NCBI GenBank assembly: GCA_963796105.1
Contig: CAWCKJ010000004.1
Span: 1,536,001-1,600,000, forward strand
Length of the DNA: 64,000 nucleotides
Origin: a candidate division FCPU426 bacterium
GTDB lineage: Bacteria; Oederibacteriota; Muellerivitia; Muellerivitales; Muellerivitaceae
Direction: 5' to 3'
Under the pieces are notes generated by a model that was given only the letters and a program-made list of their open reading frames with translations, was not told the DNA's origin and ran no database searches. Position 1 is the stretch's first letter; each line of letters starts with the position of its first letter. Below, in pieces: positions 16,888 through 27,308 of this stretch. The translations under genes were made by a program, and so were the position numbers.

Positions 16888-18087
16888 ATGAAACAACTTA
16901 CACTTCCGCTTCCCCTGGGTTATATCGCCTCCGGCGTCCACGCGGGATTGAAGAAAGACCGCAGGTTAGACCTGGCGTTAATTTGCTCCACTCTGCCGGC
17001 ACAGGCCGTTGGAATGGTCACCACCAACCGCGTGAAGGCCGCCCCGGCCCGGCATACCGAAAAGGCCCTGAAGGCCGGACATGCAATCCAGGCGGCCGTG
17101 GTCACAACGGCAAACGCCAACGCCTTGACGGGCAAGCAGGGGGAGAAGGACGTGCAAACCACCGTCAAATCCGCGGCCCATCTTTTGGGTTTAAACGAAA
17201 AATCGGTCCTGATGCATTCCACGGGAGTCATCGGGGTGCCTTTGCCCATGCCCAAAGTATTGACGGGATTGAGGCATGCGGTTCTTTGCCTGAATCGAAA
17301 GGGCGGGATGGACGCGGCCAACGCCATTATGACCACGGATACCTTCGCGAAGGTTTCCGCCAGACCCTTTTCGGTTGGCGGTAAAAACGCCTGGCTGACG
17401 GGAATGGCCAAGGGTTCTGGAATGATTCATCCGAACATGGCCACGATGCTGGTTTATCTATTGACGGATGCCGCCATCACCCGGCCGCTTTTACACAAAG
17501 CCCTCCGGGAGGCGGTTGAGGAAAGCTTCCACCGGATCACCGTGGACGGGGATGTTTCCACCAACGATTCAGTGCTGTTGCTGGCCAACGGAGCCTGCTC
17601 CAACAAGCCCTTGGCTACAGTGGGGGCGGATTACCGGAATTTCGTGAAAGTCCTCAGCGAGGTCTGCCTGGACCTGGCGAAAGCCGTCGTGAGGGACGGG
17701 GAAGGCGCGACTAAATTCGTTACCATCACGGTTCGGGGAGCAAAGTCGGATTCGGACGCTTACCTGGCGGCCATGGCGGCGGCCAAATCCCCCCTGGTAA
17801 AAACCGCCCTGTTCGGGGCGGACCCCAACTGGGGAAGGGTCCTGGCAGCCGTGGGTTATTCCGGGGCGCAGGCGGAAGAGTACAAGTCGAAAGTCTGGAT
17901 CGGGGGCTACCGGGTTTACGACCGGGGGAAAAAAGTGGCCTGGTCGAGGGAAAGATTGAAAAAAATCCTTCAGGGAAACAACGTGGATATCGCGGTGGAC
18001 CTGGGCCTGGGCAAGGGAAAATGTACCGTTTACACATGCGACCTGACGGATGGTTACATCGACATCAACGGCCGTTATACGACCTAA
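16888..18087 (+). CDS. argJ: Ornithine acetyltransferase / N-acetylglutamate synthase
   Basis: STGVIG, IMTTDT, KGSGMIHPNMATML, VDGDVSTND, DGEGATK, DPNWGR. Confidence 0.96.
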   Translation: MKQLTLPLPLGYIASGVHAGLKKDRRLDLALICSTLPAQAVGMVTTNRVKAAPARHTEKALKAGHAIQAAVVTTANANALTGKQGEKDVQTTVKSAAHLLGLNEKSVLMHSTGVIGVPLPMPKVLTGLRHAVLCLNRKGGMDAANAIMTTDTFAKVSARPFSVGGKNAWLTGMAKGSGMIHPNMATMLVYLLTDAAITRPLLHKALREAVEESFHRITVDGDVSTNDSVLLLANGACSNKPLATVGADYRNFVKVLSEVCLDLAKAVVRDGEGATKFVTITVRGAKSDSDAYLAAMAAAKSPLVKTALFGADPNWGRVLAAVGYSGAQAEEYKSKVWIGGYRVYDRGKKVAWSRERLKKILQGNNVDIAVDLGLGKGKCTVYTCDLTDGYIDINGRYTT

Positions 18088-18143
18088 AAGTTCAAATCGT
18101 AAATTCATTCCGGGTTAACTGTTTCGGTGCAACTTCAGTTAGT

Positions 18144-18302
18144 TGTCATTGCGAGAAGCGTTTAATTCCTTGGTTTAAGCGACGAAGCAACCCCGGTTTA
18201 TGCGTTCTAAATACGCCTATACTAAGTTTTAATCTTAGAATAATGGCAAACAACCCATAGACTTGGGTTGCTTCGCTTCATAATTCGAAGCTCGCAATGA
18301 CA
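18144..18302. repeat. Palindromic MITE/REP-like element
   Basis: 12-bp perfect terminal IR TGTCATTGCGAG/CTCGCAATGACA plus inner CGAAGCAACCC/GGGTTGCTTCG. Confidence 0.8.
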
Positions 18303-18361
18303 TCTTAAAGATGAAGGCTTTTTATAAAAATCGGATGGAGTGATTGAAGTAGGAGAGACGA

Positions 18362-19405
18362 TTGAAAAAACCAAAAAACCAAAAGGGCGCTATCGGGGAA
18401 ATCGGTGAATTCGGGTTCATCGGGAGAATCAGGACCCTCTTAAAGTCCGACCATCCCTCCGTCATCCAGGGTTTGGGAGACGATGCCGCCATCTTCAAGC
18501 CCTCGGCGGGCCACGAACTGATCTTCACCACCGACATGTTAGTGGAGGGCCGTCACTTCGATTTCCGCTACATCACGCCCTGGCAATTGGGAGCCAAAAC
18601 CATGGCGGTCAACCTGAGCGACTGCGCGGCCATGGGAGCGAAACCCACCGTGGCGGTGCTTTCACTCGGGGTGCCTTCATCTTTTCCCGTGAAGGACTTA
18701 GAAGCCTTTTATGACGGCCTCAAGGGATGGGGGGAATCCTACGGGGCCAGGGTCGTGGGCGGCGACACGGTCGGAAGCGAAAAGTTCATCGTGAACCTGG
18801 CCTTGATCGGCGAGATTGAGCCGGGAAGATCCTTATTGAGAAGCGGGGCCAAAGCGGGGGACTCGGTCCTAGTGACAGGCACCCTGGGTGATTCCGCCGC
18901 CGGGCTTCACGCCCTCAGCCATCCCTCCCGGAAGGCCCAGGAAGCCGTTCCGCTTTTGGTCAAACGGCACCTGACGCCTGTACCGCGTTTCAACGTAGGC
19001 CGGTACCTTTCCACGAAGAGACTGGCGACCTCCGCCATTGATATCTCGGACGGCCTTTCCAGCGAGATTAACCATTTGTGCCGTGAATCCGGCGTGGGCG
19101 CGGAGATTCAAGAGGATGCCATTCCGCTTTCCATCGCCTTGATCCACTATTGCCATCAGAACAAGTTGAAACCGTTGGATTTCGCCTTGCGGGGCGGGGA
19201 AGACTACGAGCTTTTATTCACCGTGAAGACTTCCCTGGCCGAGCGAGTCTCCCATGAGCTATCCGCGGAAACGGGCGCGCCGGTTCATATCATCGGGAAG
19301 ATGGTTTCCGCTTCCAAAGGGGTTCAACTCATCACCCGCGGGGGAAAAAGAAAATCCTTAAAGCCATCCGGCTATGATCATTTTTCGGGTTTGAAGAAAT
19401 CTTAA
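18362..19405 (+). CDS. thiL: Thiamine-monophosphate kinase
   Basis: GEFGFI, GDDAA, VNLSDCAAMGA, GGDT, IDISDGL, GGEDYELLFT. Confidence 0.95.
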   Translation: MKKPKNQKGAIGEIGEFGFIGRIRTLLKSDHPSVIQGLGDDAAIFKPSAGHELIFTTDMLVEGRHFDFRYITPWQLGAKTMAVNLSDCAAMGAKPTVAVLSLGVPSSFPVKDLEAFYDGLKGWGESYGARVVGGDTVGSEKFIVNLALIGEIEPGRSLLRSGAKAGDSVLVTGTLGDSAAGLHALSHPSRKAQEAVPLLVKRHLTPVPRFNVGRYLSTKRLATSAIDISDGLSSEINHLCRESGVGAEIQEDAIPLSIALIHYCHQNKLKPLDFALRGGEDYELLFTVKTSLAERVSHELSAETGAPVHIIGKMVSASKGVQLITRGGKRKSLKPSGYDHFSGLKKS

Positions 19406-19601
19406 AAACCAAATCCACCACAGGTTCCTTCGGAACCACAAAGGCACAGTAAAAAATGACCGCGAAAGACAAAGGATTAAAACTGTGCCTCGCCTCTTAT
19501 CCTTGTTATCTCAATATAGCCCAGCAAGTCACTGTGCGGTGCGAAGCACCGCTGTGGTAAAAATGAATTTTTTTGAAAGTCCTTAATAACAGGGGTTCTT
19601 T

Positions 19602-20075
19602 TTGCTGACCACGAGTTTTAACTGCGAGACGCCGGAACAGACTCTCCAACTGGGGGAGCTGATCGGCTCCAAGGCATTGCGGGGCGAAGTCTGGTGTCTC
19701 AAGGGTTCCTTGGGGGCCGGCAAAACCCTTTTGGTGAAAGGCTTAGCCAAGGGGCTGGGTTATGAGGGTATGGTGACCTCTCCCACCTTCACGCTCCAGC
19801 ATATTTATGAGGGGCGGCTGGCGCTTTACCATTTCGATTGGTACAGGCTTTCGAGCCCCTCGGAGGTGCAGGGCCTGGGCTGGGAGGAGTGGCTGGAGCG
19901 CGGCGGGGTGGTGGCGGTGGAGTGGGGCGATAAATTCCCGAAACTCATGCCCGAAAAAACCCTTACAATGGAAATTGAAATTCTCTCGGACACAGTCAGG
20001 CGCGTGACGCTGGAAGCCGGGCATCCCGGAAGCATCCAGCGATTGGAGGAATTGATTAAATGCTGGCCGCCCTAG
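19602..20075 (+). CDS. tsaE: tRNA threonylcarbamoyladenosine biosynthesis ATPase
   Basis: GSLGAGKT, VTSPTF, HFDWYRL, VEWG. Confidence 0.95.
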   Translation: MLTTSFNCETPEQTLQLGELIGSKALRGEVWCLKGSLGAGKTLLVKGLAKGLGYEGMVTSPTFTLQHIYEGRLALYHFDWYRLSSPSEVQGLGWEEWLERGGVVAVEWGDKFPKLMPEKTLTMEIEILSDTVRRVTLEAGHPGSIQRLEELIKCWPP

Positions 20076-20749
20076 AAACATCGACGCGATTTTCAAGCGT
20101 AGCCCTTCTCGACTTGGTCACGGGCGAGGAAATCGCCGAATGCTCCCTGCCCGCGGGTTGGGAGAGCTCATCGACCCTAGTTCCGGCCCTGGAAACACTC
20201 CTTCAACAGAAGGGATTTGATCCCAGGGACCTGGACGCGGTGGCGGTATCCACCGGGCCCGGAAGTTTCACGGGCATCCGGGTGGGCATGGCCACGGCGC
20301 AAGGCCTCTGCCTTCCCTCCAACCTCCTGGCTTATGGAGTCAATACCCTGGACGGTTTGGCGGAAAATCTCCGGCAAGCTGAGATGCTGGGGGAGGCCCT
20401 TTGCCTCCTGGACGCACAAAGGGGTGAGTGTTTTACGGGGCATTACCTAATTGAGCAGGAGGGTTTCCGCCACCTGAGTCCCCCGGGAATCATGAGCGTG
20501 GACATGATGCCGGCCCTGCTGAAAGAACGGGCCTGGATCGTCGGCCCAGGCGCCTTGAAATTCGAGAAAGACATCCGGGAATGCATGGGGTCCAGCGCCA
20601 TGTTCGCTTTCACGTCCCTTCACCAACCCAAAGCCATGAGCATCGCCCGTATCGCCTACCGGCGTTGGAGGGATGGAATCCGCTCGACCGTTGACCAGTT
20701 GGAGCCCCTTTACCTGCGCCCCCCAGCCGTGGATGAACAAAAAAATTAG
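20060..20749 (+). CDS. tsaB: tRNA threonylcarbamoyladenosine biosynthesis protein
   Basis: ALETS, GPGSFTGIRVG, DAQRGE, PLYLR. Confidence 0.95.
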   Translation: MLAALETSTRFSSVALLDLVTGEEIAECSLPAGWESSSTLVPALETLLQQKGFDPRDLDAVAVSTGPGSFTGIRVGMATAQGLCLPSNLLAYGVNTLDGLAENLRQAEMLGEALCLLDAQRGECFTGHYLIEQEGFRHLSPPGIMSVDMMPALLKERAWIVGPGALKFEKDIRECMGSSAMFAFTSLHQPKAMSIARIAYRRWRDGIRSTVDQLEPLYLRPPAVDEQKN

Positions 20750-20909
20750 GAGTTGGCAGGGAGGAATTAGAAGTTGAAAAATTTCAAATATTCACCCACG
20801 ACAAACAAAATCCCATTATGCTTTCGAGGAAAAGGAAACCAAAGAAATTGAGCCGAAAATTATTCCCCTTAATTCCTAATTCCTCATTTCTCATTCCTAA
20901 TTCGCCATC

Positions 20910-21359
20910 ATGATCTTCAGGCCCATGCTGTTGGAAGACCTGGACCAAGTGGCGGAGATTGAGAAAAATTCCATGCCCTCCCCCTGGTCCAAGGAATTGT
21001 TCGAGGAAGAACTCCACCGGGATTTGGCGCATTATTTCGTCATGGAAGAGGATGGGAAGGTCGCGGGTTACATGGGCTATTGGGAAGCCCCCCAGGAAGC
21101 CCATATCATCACTTTGGCGGTTCATTCCGGATACCGGTCCAAGGGTTTGGGAAGCAGGATCATCCAACAATGCCTTGCTTATGCCTTCAAGCGGGGGGCC
21201 AGGCTGGCAACCCTGGAAGTTCGGGAAGGCAATGAGGCGGCCAGGGGCCTCTATGAGAAATGCGGGTTTCGGTTCATCGCGATCCGTAAAAAATATTACA
21301 GTGACAACCTGGAAGACGCGATTGTGATGATCCGGGAACTTACGGATGAAACGGCCTGA
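20910..21359 (+). CDS. rimI: Ribosomal protein S18-alanine N-acetyltransferase
   Basis: PWS, YRSKGLG, TLEVREGN, RKKYYSDNLEDAIVM. Confidence 0.92.
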   Translation: MIFRPMLLEDLDQVAEIEKNSMPSPWSKELFEEELHRDLAHYFVMEEDGKVAGYMGYWEAPQEAHIITLAVHSGYRSKGLGSRIIQQCLAYAFKRGARLATLEVREGNEAARGLYEKCGFRFIAIRKKYYSDNLEDAIVMIRELTDETA

Positions 21360-21459
21360 GGGACTGAATAGAGTTTTATTTTTGAAATCAATGATCTATC
21401 ACGAGAATATTTAGTATATAGCTTTGTTTTAATACCGACATTTTGTTAAAAGGTCATTC

Positions 21460-22806
21460 ATGCCTGAACCGTTTCAAAATTTACTATCCACCTTGCGAGA
21501 CACCAGCGAGGAAGCCTTCGAGGTGGTTTTCAAGAAACCCATCAACCTCCTGGGGGAGCAAGGGATTAAGGCCCGCAGGATGTTCCTGGGACTTCCCTCG
21601 CGCCAGAAAACCACTATTTACGCGGGTGTCCTCTGGGTCATCCCGATCGTCATTGTCAACCAATATGTCACCCTCTATATGGTGGATATGGGCCTTTCCA
21701 AGACGGAGGTGGGGGTTTACCAGTCCTTGATGGGGCTGGTGAGTTTGGTCGGGTACTTTCTGGGCGGTTATCTTTCCGACGCCTGGGGAAGAAAAAAAAC
21801 ATTGATTACTTTCGACATACTCAGCTGGGGGGGATATTGTTTTTGCCTGGCGGTGGCGAGCAATAAGTGGTGGTGCGTGGCGGCCATTTTCTTCATGGCC
21901 ACCAATTCTGGATCGACAGCTCCCTACATCTGCCTCTTGGCGGAGGGCGTTTCCGCCAAGGCCAGGTCTCTTGTTTTTTCCGTCCTGGCCATCGTCAACA
22001 TGATTCCGTCCCTGGCGTTTCTTCCCCTCGTGGGGGGGATCTGGGTGAACCAGATGGGCCGATTGAAAGCCTGCCACGAGATGTTCTGGCTTTTCTTCGC
22101 CCTGATCGCCTTGGGCATTGGTTTGAGGTGGAAATTTCTCCCGGAATCCCCGACCTTCGAGAAGCCCCCTGACTCCTGGCTTCAAGTTTTCCGAGAGGGT
22201 CTGCTCCAATATTGGAAATCCCTCCGGATTTTTTTCCAAAAGAAAACATCCAGGGTCCTTCTTCTGTCCAAATTCCTGGATGAATGGATCATCTGGGCCT
22301 GGGGCACTTATTCCTCCCTTTATTATGTAGACCATCTCGGCTTGAAGGATTCCTATCTCTCGATCCTGGGTCCTGTCTCCACCTATGTGGCTTCTTTGGT
22401 GGTTTTCCTGTTCGTCCCCCAGCTTACGCAAAAACAAGTGGTGAAAATCTTGGGGGGGGATCAATTGTTCGGCATTGCCTCCTTCGCGGTCCTCCTGCTT
22501 CTTTCCTCCGGCGGAAACAACATCCTCCTGGTTTGCCTGTTATCCGCGAGCTTGGGCGCCGTCGGGGGAGCCCTTTATGGTTCGGTTACCGTTTCCGTGT
22601 GGATGAACATCATGAGGGAAAAGGAAAGGGGGAAGGTGGTGGCGGCCTCTTACGCTGTCATCAAGCTGGGCCTCCTGACCGGGACGTTTGGCGCCCTTAT
22701 CTATGGAAAAGTCTCACCCGTTGTATTGCTTTATTTGATGATCGCTTTGCGAATTTTAAATTTTTACCTATTGCGGCGCGCCTCAAGACTCCTTCTGAAA
22801 GCTTGA
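21460..22806 (+). CDS. MFS transporter
   Basis: GGYLSDAWGRKK motif A; many hydrophobic segments. Confidence 0.85.
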   Translation: MPEPFQNLLSTLRDTSEEAFEVVFKKPINLLGEQGIKARRMFLGLPSRQKTTIYAGVLWVIPIVIVNQYVTLYMVDMGLSKTEVGVYQSLMGLVSLVGYFLGGYLSDAWGRKKTLITFDILSWGGYCFCLAVASNKWWCVAAIFFMATNSGSTAPYICLLAEGVSAKARSLVFSVLAIVNMIPSLAFLPLVGGIWVNQMGRLKACHEMFWLFFALIALGIGLRWKFLPESPTFEKPPDSWLQVFREGLLQYWKSLRIFFQKKTSRVLLLSKFLDEWIIWAWGTYSSLYYVDHLGLKDSYLSILGPVSTYVASLVVFLFVPQLTQKQVVKILGGDQLFGIASFAVLLLLSSGGNNILLVCLLSASLGAVGGALYGSVTVSVWMNIMREKERGKVVAASYAVIKLGLLTGTFGALIYGKVSPVVLLYLMIALRILNFYLLRRASRLLLKA

Positions 22807-22832
22807 TGAACCGATAACTGAAAAGGGATGGA

Positions 22833-23706
22833 ATGGGTTACCTATACGCCTTAGCGGCTTTCGCCTGCATCGGCAGTTACCTGGTGCCGATTCGCTTTTC
22901 CTCGGCCAAGGGAATATCCTTCCTGCCCCTCATGGGTTTGGGAATGATCCTGATTGAGCTGTTCCGATGGGAGTCGGTCAAATCGCTCTGGGCCCATCCC
23001 CTTTGGTTTTGGGGAAGCCTGGGTTCGGGGTTTCTTTGGGTCCTGGGCCAGGGTTTCGGAAACCTGGCGCTGGAGGAAATAAGCCTGGCGAAAGCCGCCA
23101 CTTTCTACAATATCAATACTTTCATCAACATCGGCCTGGGTTTGGCCCTCTTCAAGGAAGCCTCGGGTTGGAAATCCTACCTCTTATTGCTGGCGGGGGG
23201 ATGCCTGCTTTTCATCGGAGCTCTCTGGGTGTCCAGAGCGTCCGCTACGCCTGCCAAGGAAAATAACCTGAAAAAGGGAATCTGGATGAGCTTGTGCGCC
23301 GGGTTTTTCTGGGGAATTTACTTCGCTCCGGTGAAGGCGCTCCAGGTTTTTTCCCCTGAGCCCGCCCTCTCGTCTTTGGACATTCTCGCTGGTCTTGTGT
23401 TGGGGGGAAGCCTGCCGGCCCTGGCTTTGGGATTGTTTCAATCCCGGAAGATACTGGACTTTCCGAAACACGGCTTGCGGCGTCACCTGCGCCGTGCTTT
23501 GGAACGTCGGGACTTTCTTTTTTTTAATGGCCATCCAGACCCTGGGACTTTCACGCGCCGTTCCCGTGATTAACGCCAACAGCTTGGTTTACGCGGCATG
23601 GTCTTTTTTCGTTTTCAAGGAACTTCCATTGTCCCAAGGCGGAAAAGTCCTGGGGGGAACCGCCTTAGCTGTTATGGGAATAATTCTTCTGGCCTGTTCC
23701 GCGTAA
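22833..23706 (+). CDS. DMT/GRP-family (EamA-like) transporter, frameshifted near 23435
   Basis: Hydrophobic ORF 22833.. continues in ORF 23395..23706 (LGLSRAVPVINANSLV..FKE mirrors ISLAKAATFYNIN..FKE). Confidence 0.75.
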
Positions 23707-23818
23707 AAAACCCGTAATATTTTCAGATTCAAAAGGGCTTAAAAATATATATTTCCGGTGGATTTCGAGTTCTTTAACGCTTGAAAGTTTTTAGTTAAAA
23801 CCACATAATCTTTTTTCC

Positions 23819-24394
23819 ATGAAAACACAAAACAATATCGCATTCAAGGAATGGGCGGTCATCCTCAAGGCTTTGGAGGAAGGCAAGCAAACCATTCTTT
23901 TGGGCAAGGACGGCATCCAGGAAGAGGGCGGGGATTTCAAACCCGAACATCCCGAGTTTTTCCTTTATCCGACCCTGGAGCACGAGTCCGCGCAAGGGAT
24001 CAAGCCGGACTGGCGCCCGCGGCTTGCCGCCATCGAGCGTGAAAACAAGGACCCCAAACGGATCCATTTCAGGCTTTACGGCATATTGGAAAACACGGTA
24101 AAAGTGACCGATTGGGAAATTTGCAAGCGGATCATTCCCTTCACGGTTTTTAGCGATGAGGCTGTGGAAAAACGCTTCAACGGCGGGGATTGGCAGGGTG
24201 TTTTCATTTTTATCGTGCGCGCTTTTTTTTTGCCGGTGCCCCTGGATCTTCCCTTAAAGCCGCCGTACACCGGCTTTAAATCATGGGTCCCCCTGGAAAC
24301 TTCCATGTTTACCTCGGGATCCCTTCCCGTGATCCCCGATGGGGCCTGGCCTTACACCAAAGAACGCATTTTGAAAATGCTGTCAGCCGGTTGA
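23819..24394 (+). CDS. DUF1802 family protein
   Basis: AFKEWAVILKALEEGKQTILLGKDGI, FFLYPTLEHE, YTGFKSWV. Confidence 0.85.
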   Translation: MKTQNNIAFKEWAVILKALEEGKQTILLGKDGIQEEGGDFKPEHPEFFLYPTLEHESAQGIKPDWRPRLAAIERENKDPKRIHFRLYGILENTVKVTDWEICKRIIPFTVFSDEAVEKRFNGGDWQGVFIFIVRAFFLPVPLDLPLKPPYTGFKSWVPLETSMFTSGSLPVIPDGAWPYTKERILKMLSAG

Positions 24395-24433
24395 GCCCAA
24401 TCTGAAAATCCTTGCGGACCAATCCCTGAAACC

Positions 24434-25273
24434 ATGAAACTCAAGACAGCTGTCGCGGGCCAGTTCTATCCCCGGGAAAAAATCCAATTGGAGAAGGTTC
24501 TGGAAACTTTCCGGACCCAGAGCCAGCCGGCCCCTTTGCCAGGCGAGCCTGTCGGAATGCTGCTGCCCCACGCTGGATATCCCTATTCGGGCGCCGTGGC
24601 TTCCTTGGGTTATCTTTCCCTTCTTTCCCGCGGCATTGAGACGGTGGTGGTGGCCGGCCCCAGTCATTATGTTTCCTTCGGCGGGATCTCGATTTTCGCG
24701 GGGGAGGCGGTACAGACCCCCCTGGGGGACCTGCCGGTTGACCAGGAGGCCTGCCGGATTCTGATGGATGAGGACGAGCATTTCGCTGAATTTCCCCAAG
24801 CTTTCACCCGCGAGCATTCCGTGGAGGTGCATTTTCCGCTTATCCGCCATTTCCTTCCCGGCGCGAAAGTTGTGCCATTAGTCCTGGGACAGGGTTCGGA
24901 GGAAACCGCGGTGCCCTTGGTCAAGGGGCTGAAGGCTTTGAGGAAAGTAAAACCGTTTCTATTCGTGGCTTCCTCGGACCTTTCGCATTTTCCGGATTAT
25001 GACACGGCCAACAAGGCGGACCGGCAATTTTTGGAAGCCCTCCTGTCAGGGGACGAGAAAAAGGTAAGGCAAGCCGACGAAAAAATCATGTCCAGCGGCC
25101 TGAGGGATTATCATTGCACCCACTGCGGCAGGGAACCGGTCTCGGCGCTTTTGAAATGGGCCAGGCAGGAAAACGCGGAAAAAATTCAAACATTAGCCTA
25201 CAGAAACTCGGGTGATGTCACGGGGGATCTTTCGCGGGTCGTGGGTTATTCCTGCGTCGCTTTTTGTAAATAA
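24434..25273 (+). CDS. amrB: MEMO1 family (AmmeMemoRadiSam protein B)
   Basis: VAGQFYP, PHAGYPYSG, GPSH, EHSVEV, SSDLSH, SGDV..VVGY. Confidence 0.9.
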   Translation: MKLKTAVAGQFYPREKIQLEKVLETFRTQSQPAPLPGEPVGMLLPHAGYPYSGAVASLGYLSLLSRGIETVVVAGPSHYVSFGGISIFAGEAVQTPLGDLPVDQEACRILMDEDEHFAEFPQAFTREHSVEVHFPLIRHFLPGAKVVPLVLGQGSEETAVPLVKGLKALRKVKPFLFVASSDLSHFPDYDTANKADRQFLEALLSGDEKKVRQADEKIMSSGLRDYHCTHCGREPVSALLKWARQENAEKIQTLAYRNSGDVTGDLSRVVGYSCVAFCK

Positions 25274-25526
25274 AAAAACAAGCGTTGTTGAGCCGTTTGA
25301 GCAAAGCCAAGAAATCCTATTACCCTTTGAGGATCCACTCCGCCGTCATTGTAAGGGGTTCAATTCGGTTTTATAATGCGGTATAACCTTAATTTAATCG
25401 TGAAGTTCTTGACCTGACTGTCCAGCCGAGCTATACCAACTGACCCCGCCCTTGAAAAGACGGCTGGAATTTCTCATCATGACTTAAGTAACTGACTCAT
25501 AAACGTCCATTCCATGGAGAATATTA

Positions 25527-26030
25527 ATGATTGAAATGAAAGTGAGGGGAATCGCGGTTGATCCCAACCTGAAGACCCCCGCGGTGATCCTGACCGATGA
25601 GGAGGAAAAACGATATCTTCCCATTTGGATCGGCGTGGCGGAAGCCACCGCCATTTTTATCCAGTTGAATGAGCAAACCCTTCCCAGGCCCATGACCCAT
25701 GATCTCCTCAAAAGCGTCATTGAGACCCTGGGGGCCAAAGTGATCAAGGTTTTGGTCAACGACATCAACCAGAACACATTTTTCGCGAGGATTTTCCTGG
25801 AGTTTCCCGAGGCGGGTGAGAGGTTCGATATAGACGCGAGGCCCTCGGATGCCATCGCCTTGGCACTGCGGACAAATTCCCCTATCTTCGTGGCGGAAAA
25901 GGTGGTGGTCAACGCCACCATAGTGGATAAGGATAAGTACAAGGAAGAGATGAGCGAGTTCAAGAAATTCCTGGAGAATCTCACCCCGACCGACTTTAAG
26001 GATATTTCAGGGCCCGCCGCGGAGAGTTGA
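25527..26030 (+). CDS. Bifunctional nuclease family (DUF151)
   Basis: LPIWIG..EA, RPMTHDL, DARPSDAIALALR. Confidence 0.92.
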   Translation: MIEMKVRGIAVDPNLKTPAVILTDEEEKRYLPIWIGVAEATAIFIQLNEQTLPRPMTHDLLKSVIETLGAKVIKVLVNDINQNTFFARIFLEFPEAGERFDIDARPSDAIALALRTNSPIFVAEKVVVNATIVDKDKYKEEMSEFKKFLENLTPTDFKDISGPAAES

Positions 26031-26172
26031 GCCTGTATCCCCTGGTTTAAAGATTGGGAATTTCAATATATGGGATCCTTTATAAAGAAGGACCCACCCC
26101 CCTATTTTTCCCAAGAGGTTTATTGGTTTTAACCTTCTGACGGCGCTCAAGTGATCCGGGAAAGGAACAAAG

Positions 26173-26505
26173 GTGTACGCGTCGAATCAAGTTTCCGGCC
26201 CCTTAGCCTTGACGGACGCCCACTTTATCCTTTTATTCCACACGACCCATGAGACCATGCATGCTGAGTCCATTTTAAAGACGAACCGCATGCGGTTTAA
26301 ATTGATCCCGCGGCCCCGGGTCATCGAGGATGATTGCGGGTTGGGCTTGGTGATCGTCAAGGATGACAGGGGCCAGGTTGAGTTTCTCCTGAAAGCCGCT
26401 GAAATCTACATCAAGGCCGCATTTCATGTTGAAAAGGACGGAAATTGGACCAGGGAAAATTATCCACAAGCGCCAATTTACTACGACTCTCCACCCTCGG
26501 GCTGA
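26173..26505 (+). CDS. DUF3343-like protein
   Basis: LFHTTHETMHAESIL...LIPRPRVIEDDCGLGL. Confidence 0.7.
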   Translation: MYASNQVSGPLALTDAHFILLFHTTHETMHAESILKTNRMRFKLIPRPRVIEDDCGLGLVIVKDDRGQVEFLLKAAEIYIKAAFHVEKDGNWTRENYPQAPIYYDSPPSG

Positions 26506-26693
26506 ATTTCAGCTTTTCCATATTCCTGGGAATGGGTTTGGGGTGGTGTCTTTATAAATGGCTGCACTTGGGGGGGTGGGTCATCATCGCCGGCTTATTG
26601 ATCGGCATTGTATCCAGTTATGTCCTACTAATAGAAGATTTAAGAGCCCTCACGGCGCCACCAGGATCCTCCCCAAATGAGAAAAATAAATAA
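26445..26693 (+). CDS. AtpZ/AtpI family small membrane protein
   Basis: Two TM helices, G-x-G-W motif, head of the atp operon. Confidence 0.7.
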   Translation: MDQGKLSTSANLLRLSTLGLNFSFSIFLGMGLGWCLYKWLHLGGWVIIAGLLIGIVSSYVLLIEDLRALTAPPGSSPNEKNK

Positions 26694-27090
26694 TATTTTC
26701 CAAGAGGGCATTCCCTTGAGTGCTTTGCTATGGAAAGCTTGCCTTGGAACCTTGTTGGGTGGATTCCTTTTAGGTATTGGCGCCGCCATTTCGGGAAATC
26801 CACATCTGGCGTTGGGGTTCTTGTTGGGAGCTTTATTGTCAGTTTTAAATTTCCTTTTTTTAAATACCCTGGTCGTGAAAGTGTTATCAGCGGGCGGGGT
26901 AAAGGGAAACAAGATATTTTGGTCCCAGCAAGTCCTTCGCTGGATTGCATTTGCCTTGATTGTTTTAGTCTTGGTGCGTGTTTCCTTTCCCTGTCTTTTA
27001 GGCGCCCTTGGCAGTTATCTTTGGTTTCTGGCGCTTTTGGCCTGGCTGGGTTGGCGTTCCGCCAGGACGGGAAAAAATATTAAACTTTAA
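26677..27090 (+). CDS. atpI: ATP synthase subunit I
   Basis: Four hydrophobic segments, GALLSVLNF, directly before atpB. Confidence 0.75.
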   Translation: MRKINNIFQEGIPLSALLWKACLGTLLGGFLLGIGAAISGNPHLALGFLLGALLSVLNFLFLNTLVVKVLSAGGVKGNKIFWSQQVLRWIAFALIVLVLVRVSFPCLLGALGSYLWFLALLAWLGWRSARTGKNIKL

Positions 27091-27308
27091 GCTAAATAAT
27101 AATTTTCATCCTTCAAAAATATTTTTTGGATATTTCCTCCCGCTTTTAAATAGCGTTGACCATTCAAGAATCCCCCATTAGACTAACCCTTGTTTTTCTG
27201 GGGAGAACTTTTTCTCAAAGTTTACGGCGAGTTCCAACGCTTTTTCCATTCATGCTCCCGAACTTTCAGATCCATTATTGTCACAAGACTTGAGAAAGGC
27301 TCCAGTCC

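Noticed and set aside
20745..20905. Heptamer-like inverted arms (AATTAGG/AATTCCT) between tsaB and rimI as a novel RNA
   Set aside because: Low-complexity intergenic repeat with no further support.
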